A DNA stretch of 44,350 nucleotides, from the NCBI GenBank assembly GCA_938039305.1, contig CALHUZ010000537.1, positions 1 to 44,350 of the forward strand. Direction: 5' to 3'. Numbering within the stretch: position 1 is the stretch's first letter; every line of letters begins with the position of its first letter. The DNA is from an uncultured Saprospiraceae bacterium (lineage in GTDB: Bacteria; Bacteroidota; Bacteroidia; Chitinophagales; Saprospiraceae). The position numbers were made by a program, and so were the translations under genes. Positions 40,159-44,350 of the stretch are shown one piece after another. The notes beneath the pieces are model-generated. The model worked only from the letters and a program-made list of their open reading frames with translations, was not told where the DNA came from and did no database searches.

Positions 40159-41532
40159 ATGAAAAGTGAAATTACGGCTGTTTTCGACATAGGGAAGACC
40201 AATAAAAAGTTCTTTCTTTTTGATGCCAATTATAAAGAAGTCTACCGCGCATATAATCGTTTTAAATTAATAGAAGACGAAGATGGATATCCCTCTGAAG
40301 ATCTCGATGCATTGCAGACTTGGCTAAAGGACTTGTTTGGCAAAATACTGGAGGAGCGGAAATACAATATTACTGCTATTAATTTTTCCACCTATGGTGC
40401 GAGTTTTGTGCATTTAGATGAAAATGGAGAAGTTCTAACCCCTTTATATGATTACACAAAACCTTTAGATGATTCGATAACCCAATCTTTCTTTGAGAAA
40501 TATGGGCCTCAGAACGAGTTTACTCTTGCCACTGGCTCCCATTACTTAGAAATGTTGAATTCTGGTCTGCAATTATATTGGTTAAAATATGCAAAACCAG
40601 AATTATTTAAAAAAATCAAATATTCTCTTCATCTCCCACAGTATATAAGTTATATTTTCACAGGTATTCCAATAAGTGAGTATACAAGTATTGGTTGTCA
40701 TACTGGTTTATGGGATTATCAGAAAAAAGACTATCACGACTGGGTATACGCCGAAGGCATCCACAAAATATTAGCTCCAATAGTTTCCACTGGAACTAGC
40801 ATTAACATGAATTATAGTGGGAAGCAAATAAAAATCGGTGTCGGCATCCATGATAGCTCATCGGCCTTACTACCATATGTACGTAGCGTCAAAAAGAAAT
40901 TTATACTTGTTTCTACTGGGACTTGGAGTATTGCTTTAAATCCTTTTATCAAGCAAAATCTGACAGAGGAAGATGTCCAGAAAAAATGTATCAACTTTAT
41001 GCGTGTTGATGGAAAGTCGGTTAGGTCTTCGCGTTTGTTTCTTGGTAACGAGCATAATTTACAAACAAAATATCTTTCTAAACATTTTAACGTATCAGCT
41101 GACTACTATAAATCAGTCAAATTTGATCCAACGATATATTCTAAGATCATCATGGGGTTCAATCACTGTTTTAAATGGAATGGTATCGAAGCTAAGAAAA
41201 TGCCTGAGCAAACGATTATTCCGTATGATTCTTTTGAATATGCCTATCATCAATTGATGATCGAACTTGTATTACTTCAAGTTGACAGTATTAAAATTGC
41301 AATAGGAGATGATGAGGTCAATAGAATATATATTGATGGAGGATTTAGTGATAATGAACTATTCGTTAAACTATTATCACACTATCTCGAAGATATGCAA
41401 CTTAGAACGACTGACTCTTCATTAGGTTCTGCATTAGGTGCGGCGATTGTTATTTCTCAATCAAAGTTGAATTCCAAATTTTTAAAGAAAAATTATTCGT
41501 TGAAAAAACATATTCCATTTATTCTTAAATAA
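40159..41532 (+). CDS. rhaB: FGGY-family carbohydrate kinase, probable rhamnulokinase
   Basis: N-terminal AVFDIGKTNKKFFLFD (actin-like ATPase phosphate-1), GIHDSSSALLPY and IYIDGGFSDN. The kinase family is confident; substrate specificity is inferred from operon context. Confidence 0.7.
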   Translation: MKSEITAVFDIGKTNKKFFLFDANYKEVYRAYNRFKLIEDEDGYPSEDLDALQTWLKDLFGKILEERKYNITAINFSTYGASFVHLDENGEVLTPLYDYTKPLDDSITQSFFEKYGPQNEFTLATGSHYLEMLNSGLQLYWLKYAKPELFKKIKYSLHLPQYISYIFTGIPISEYTSIGCHTGLWDYQKKDYHDWVYAEGIHKILAPIVSTGTSINMNYSGKQIKIGVGIHDSSSALLPYVRSVKKKFILVSTGTWSIALNPFIKQNLTEEDVQKKCINFMRVDGKSVRSSRLFLGNEHNLQTKYLSKHFNVSADYYKSVKFDPTIYSKIIMGFNHCFKWNGIEAKKMPEQTIIPYDSFEYAYHQLMIELVLLQVDSIKIAIGDDEVNRIYIDGGFSDNELFVKLLSHYLEDMQLRTTDSSLGSALGAAIVISQSKLNSKFLKKNYSLKKHIPFILK

Positions 41533-41540
41533 TTATTGAT

Positions 41541-42692
41541 ATGGCGATAGGGTTCCATACAGCATATCCTTCGATGGACGATTTGAGAAATAAGGCTAAA
41601 CGTCGTATACCTAAATTCGCATTTGAATATTTAGATGGTGGTTGTAATGAAGATGTAAGTATTTCTCGCAATACAGCTGATATTAGACAAATTCAACTAC
41701 AACCGAGGTATTTGAGAAACAGTGGAATTTGTTCGACAAAAACCAAGGTGCTTGGAATGGAGTTTGATGCACCCTTTGGCATTGCCCCTGTGGGTCTTCA
41801 AGGATTGATGTGGCCAAACTCTCCTGAGATATTGGCGAGAGCTGCGTTTGCGCATAATATTCCATTTATCCTTAGTACGGTTACGACAATGAACATAGAA
41901 AGGGCCAGCGAATTGACTGAAGGAAACGCATGGTTTCAGTTGTACAATCCCGTAGAAGATCGTCTACGAGACGATATTATCAATCGCGCTGAAGCATCAG
42001 GATGTCCTGTCTTAGTCTTGCTTTGCGATGTACCTACTTTTGGATATCGTCCAAGAGACATACGTAATGGTCTGGCTTTACCACCCAAAATGTCTCTAAC
42101 AAACATAATGCAGATCTTAGGTAAGCCGACTTGGGCGCTACAAACCTTAAGGTATGGCCAGCCTACATTTGAAACACTAAGACCATATACTCCAGAGGGT
42201 CTAAATCTAAGACAGTTGGGTCATTTTATGGACAAGACTTTTTCTGGTCGTCTGAATGAAGAACGCATAAAACCTATCCGTGACAAATGGAAAGGTAAAT
42301 TGGTACTTAAAGGTGTAGCATCCGAGCAGGATACCCAAGACGCGATCCGCATGGGTTTTGATGGTATCATTATTTCTAATCATGGTGGGAGGCAACTCGA
42401 TGCGGCACAATCCACTATAAATTCACTGTTGGAAATCAATGGGAAGTATGGTGAACAAATTGAAATAATGATGGACAGTGGGTTAAGATCGGGTCCAGAT
42501 ATAGCGAGAACTATGGCAAGTGGGGCCAAGTTTACTTTTATGGGAAGGTCTTTTTTATACGGATGTGGCGCCTTAGGAAAAAGGGGAGGTGATCATACCA
42601 TATCAATGTTAAAAACGCAGTTTAAACAAGTTATGGATCAATTGTGCTGTGAGAGGGTGGAGGACCTATCTAGTCACCTTATTAATAATTAA
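41541..42692 (+). CDS. lldD: FMN-dependent alpha-hydroxy-acid dehydrogenase (L-lactate dehydrogenase-like)
   Basis: FEYLDGG, QLY, LKGV, ISNHGGRQLD and DSGLRSGPDIARTMASGA are classic glycolate oxidase/LldD family motifs. Confidence 0.8.
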   Translation: MAIGFHTAYPSMDDLRNKAKRRIPKFAFEYLDGGCNEDVSISRNTADIRQIQLQPRYLRNSGICSTKTKVLGMEFDAPFGIAPVGLQGLMWPNSPEILARAAFAHNIPFILSTVTTMNIERASELTEGNAWFQLYNPVEDRLRDDIINRAEASGCPVLVLLCDVPTFGYRPRDIRNGLALPPKMSLTNIMQILGKPTWALQTLRYGQPTFETLRPYTPEGLNLRQLGHFMDKTFSGRLNEERIKPIRDKWKGKLVLKGVASEQDTQDAIRMGFDGIIISNHGGRQLDAAQSTINSLLEINGKYGEQIEIMMDSGLRSGPDIARTMASGAKFTFMGRSFLYGCGALGKRGGDHTISMLKTQFKQVMDQLCCERVEDLSSHLINN

Positions 42693-42706
42693 GAAACGAA
42701 TCAAAA

Positions 42707-44122
42707 ATGAGTCAAGTTAAAGTTGATACGGAAAATAAAAAGGTACAAAGCGGAGAGTTTGAAAGAACTCCAGTTCCTGAATCAAATTTAAAAAGTTGGA
42801 AAAGTTTTCTTGGCATGTATGCTGGCGAGCATGCTGCGGGTACGGAGTTTATGATAGGTCCATTGTTTCTTACAGCTGGTGTCAGCGCTTTTGATTTAAT
42901 TGTAGGGTTGTTGTTAGGTAACTTATTAGCTGTACTTAGTTGGAGGTTTTTAACTGCTGAAATTGCAGTAAAAAACCGGTTGACACTTTACTATCAGCTT
43001 GAAAAGATATGTGGAAAAAATCTGGTTATTGGTTACAATCTGGCAAATGGGATTCTCTTTTGTTTTTTGGCTGGGGCCATGATCACAGTCTCGGCGACAG
43101 CGGTAGGCATACCTTTCAATATGGAAATGCCAAAATTGACAGATACGATGCCCAATGGTATGACATGGATACTCATTGTAATCATGGTTGGGGCAGTGAT
43201 ATCTTTAATAGCTGCAAGAGGATATGATACAGTCTCTAAAGCTGCCAACTTGATGTCGCCGATTATAGTACTTGCATTTATTGCTTGTGGAATAGTTGCA
43301 CTTGGACAATTAGGGGTAAAGAATTTTACGGATTTCTGGAATATTTGGGGAGAAGGATCTGAGCCATTTCCAGGGCAATTGAAATATACTTTTTGGCACG
43401 TTCTTATATGGTCTTGGTTTTGCAACGCGGCAATGCACATAGGGATGTCTGATCTTTCGGTATTTCGTTTTGCAAAAAAATCCAGTTCAGGATGGACAAC
43501 AGCCGCAGGGATGTATGTTGGGCATTACTTAGCATGGATTTCCGCCGCGTTATTATATGCTGTATATCTAAAGTCTCCAGAAGCCATGACATTTCTCTCT
43601 AATGGAGAAGCCCCTCCCGTTGCACCAGGCCCATTGGCATACAATGCGATCGGGATTTTTGGCATCATAGCCGTAGTATTAGCTGGATGGACGACGGCCA
43701 ATCCAACAATTTATCGTGCTGGGTTAGCCTTTCAAGCTTTAATGCCTAAGCTATCTACTTTTTGGGTAACAATATTGGCAGGAACAGTGGCAACAATAGC
43801 AGGACTTTTCCCTGCATTCGCAATGAAATTATTGGATTTTGTTGCTTTATATGGATTTATCCTGGCACCATTTGGTGCTGTGATTGTCTTTGAACATTTC
43901 TTTCATAAAAAAGCGGGAATTACTAAAAACTACGCAGAGGTTTTCAAGATCAATTTTAACAAGTCAGTTATTTTAGCATGGGCTATCAGTTTCGGCTTAT
44001 TCTATTTTATATCTATTCAATTTGATATATTTCTCTCATTCGTAACATTACCTGCGTGGTTACTTTGCGGAGTTTTGTTTTTACTATTTAGTAAATCATT
44101 TCAAAGGAAGGAAGGAAATTAA
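42707..44122 (+). CDS. Polytopic membrane permease, NCS1/cytosine-permease-like; candidate rhamnose (or related) importer
   Basis: About 12 hydrophobic segments. The N-terminus ERTPVPESNLKSWKSFLGMYAGEH resembles the CodB/NCS1-type leader. It is the last gene of the rhamnose operon. The family call is tentative. Confidence 0.5.
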   Translation: MSQVKVDTENKKVQSGEFERTPVPESNLKSWKSFLGMYAGEHAAGTEFMIGPLFLTAGVSAFDLIVGLLLGNLLAVLSWRFLTAEIAVKNRLTLYYQLEKICGKNLVIGYNLANGILFCFLAGAMITVSATAVGIPFNMEMPKLTDTMPNGMTWILIVIMVGAVISLIAARGYDTVSKAANLMSPIIVLAFIACGIVALGQLGVKNFTDFWNIWGEGSEPFPGQLKYTFWHVLIWSWFCNAAMHIGMSDLSVFRFAKKSSSGWTTAAGMYVGHYLAWISAALLYAVYLKSPEAMTFLSNGEAPPVAPGPLAYNAIGIFGIIAVVLAGWTTANPTIYRAGLAFQALMPKLSTFWVTILAGTVATIAGLFPAFAMKLLDFVALYGFILAPFGAVIVFEHFFHKKAGITKNYAEVFKINFNKSVILAWAISFGLFYFISIQFDIFLSFVTLPAWLLCGVLFLLFSKSFQRKEGN

Positions 44123-44350
44123 GATTGGCTTGTTGAGGCGGCCGATAAATTATAGATTACAAGTTCTCCTGTTTCTATAACAAAAACGAAAGAGGAACCG
44201 TCAGCCATCTCTAAAGATGGCCAACAGTTACCTCTAACGCACCTTTCTTATGTATCCAATTAGAAGATTGAATTTGACTAGCTGATACGGCACCACAAAC
44301 TCCTGTTGTTGTAGATGGAACGTGCGAGAACAATGGGAATGATGGGGGCA

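Noticed and set aside
43033-43440. 135-aa antisense ORF inside the permease gene, and similar 60-110-aa antisense ORFs across the window (e.g. 2347-2562, 8046-8345, 14709-15044, 23071-23409, 35525-35845, 37678-38183)
   Set aside because: All are fully nested in long, motif-supported genes on the other strand or frame. None has recognisable features. This is the expected chance background in AT-rich DNA.
44204-44348. Hairpin GCCATCT-ctaa-AGATGGC (44204-44221) and an open minus-strand frame running in from the window end (ending ...GALEVTVGHL, stop at 44211-44213)
   Set aside because: Only 45 codons are visible with no recognisable motif. The hairpin lacks a T-tract. There is too little sequence to call a gene or a terminator.
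1-44350. Looked for CRISPR repeats, IS/transposase or integrase genes, tRNA/rRNA genes, toxin-antitoxin or defence-system genes
   Set aside because: No regularly spaced repeats, no transposase- or integrase-like ORFs and no structured RNA genes were seen. Every ORF over 250 aa is accounted for by carbohydrate metabolism, transport or regulation.

Overview
AT-rich window with Bacteroidota hallmarks: a SusC/SusD pair, many lipoprotein signal peptides, and TAnnTTTG-like -7 boxes. It reads as one large polysaccharide utilization locus (PUL) joined to a complete L-rhamnose catabolic operon. Nearly all long ORFs fit one theme, breakdown of a sulfated, rhamnose- and uronic-acid-containing glycan (ulvan-like or rhamnan-sulfate-like). 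Recognisable content: six S1 formylglycine-type sulfatase domains (one fused to a GH78-like module), three GH78 alpha-L-rhamnosidase modules, two GH3 enzymes, one GH105/GH88-type unsaturated uronyl hydrolase, RhaM mutarotase, SusC/SusD, two paralogous GntR-HTH/sugar-binding regulators, and an operon of bifunctional aldolase/dehydrogenase, RhaI-type isomerase, FGGY kinase, LldD-like dehydrogenase and a permease. No mobile elements, CRISPR arrays, tRNA or rRNA genes were seen. Four things stand out. (1) A 10-bp-phased direct repeat, nCAGGA-TAGT-ACAGGA, sits in six intergenic regions; at five of them it ends about 63-70 bp before the first start codon (144 bp at the sixth), which looks like the operator/promoter element of a single regulon. 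(2) An unsaturated-uronate hydrolase is present, but I recognise no polysaccharide lyase. (3) Four proteins embedded in the operons could not be placed in a family and are the candidates for new enzymology or glycan binding: a Tat-signal toroid+sandwich protein, a beta-propeller BNR_4-like protein, and two acidic-tract surface lipoproteins. (4) One sulfatase has a broken C-x-P-x-R maturation motif. All family calls rest on motif recognition by eye, not on searches.
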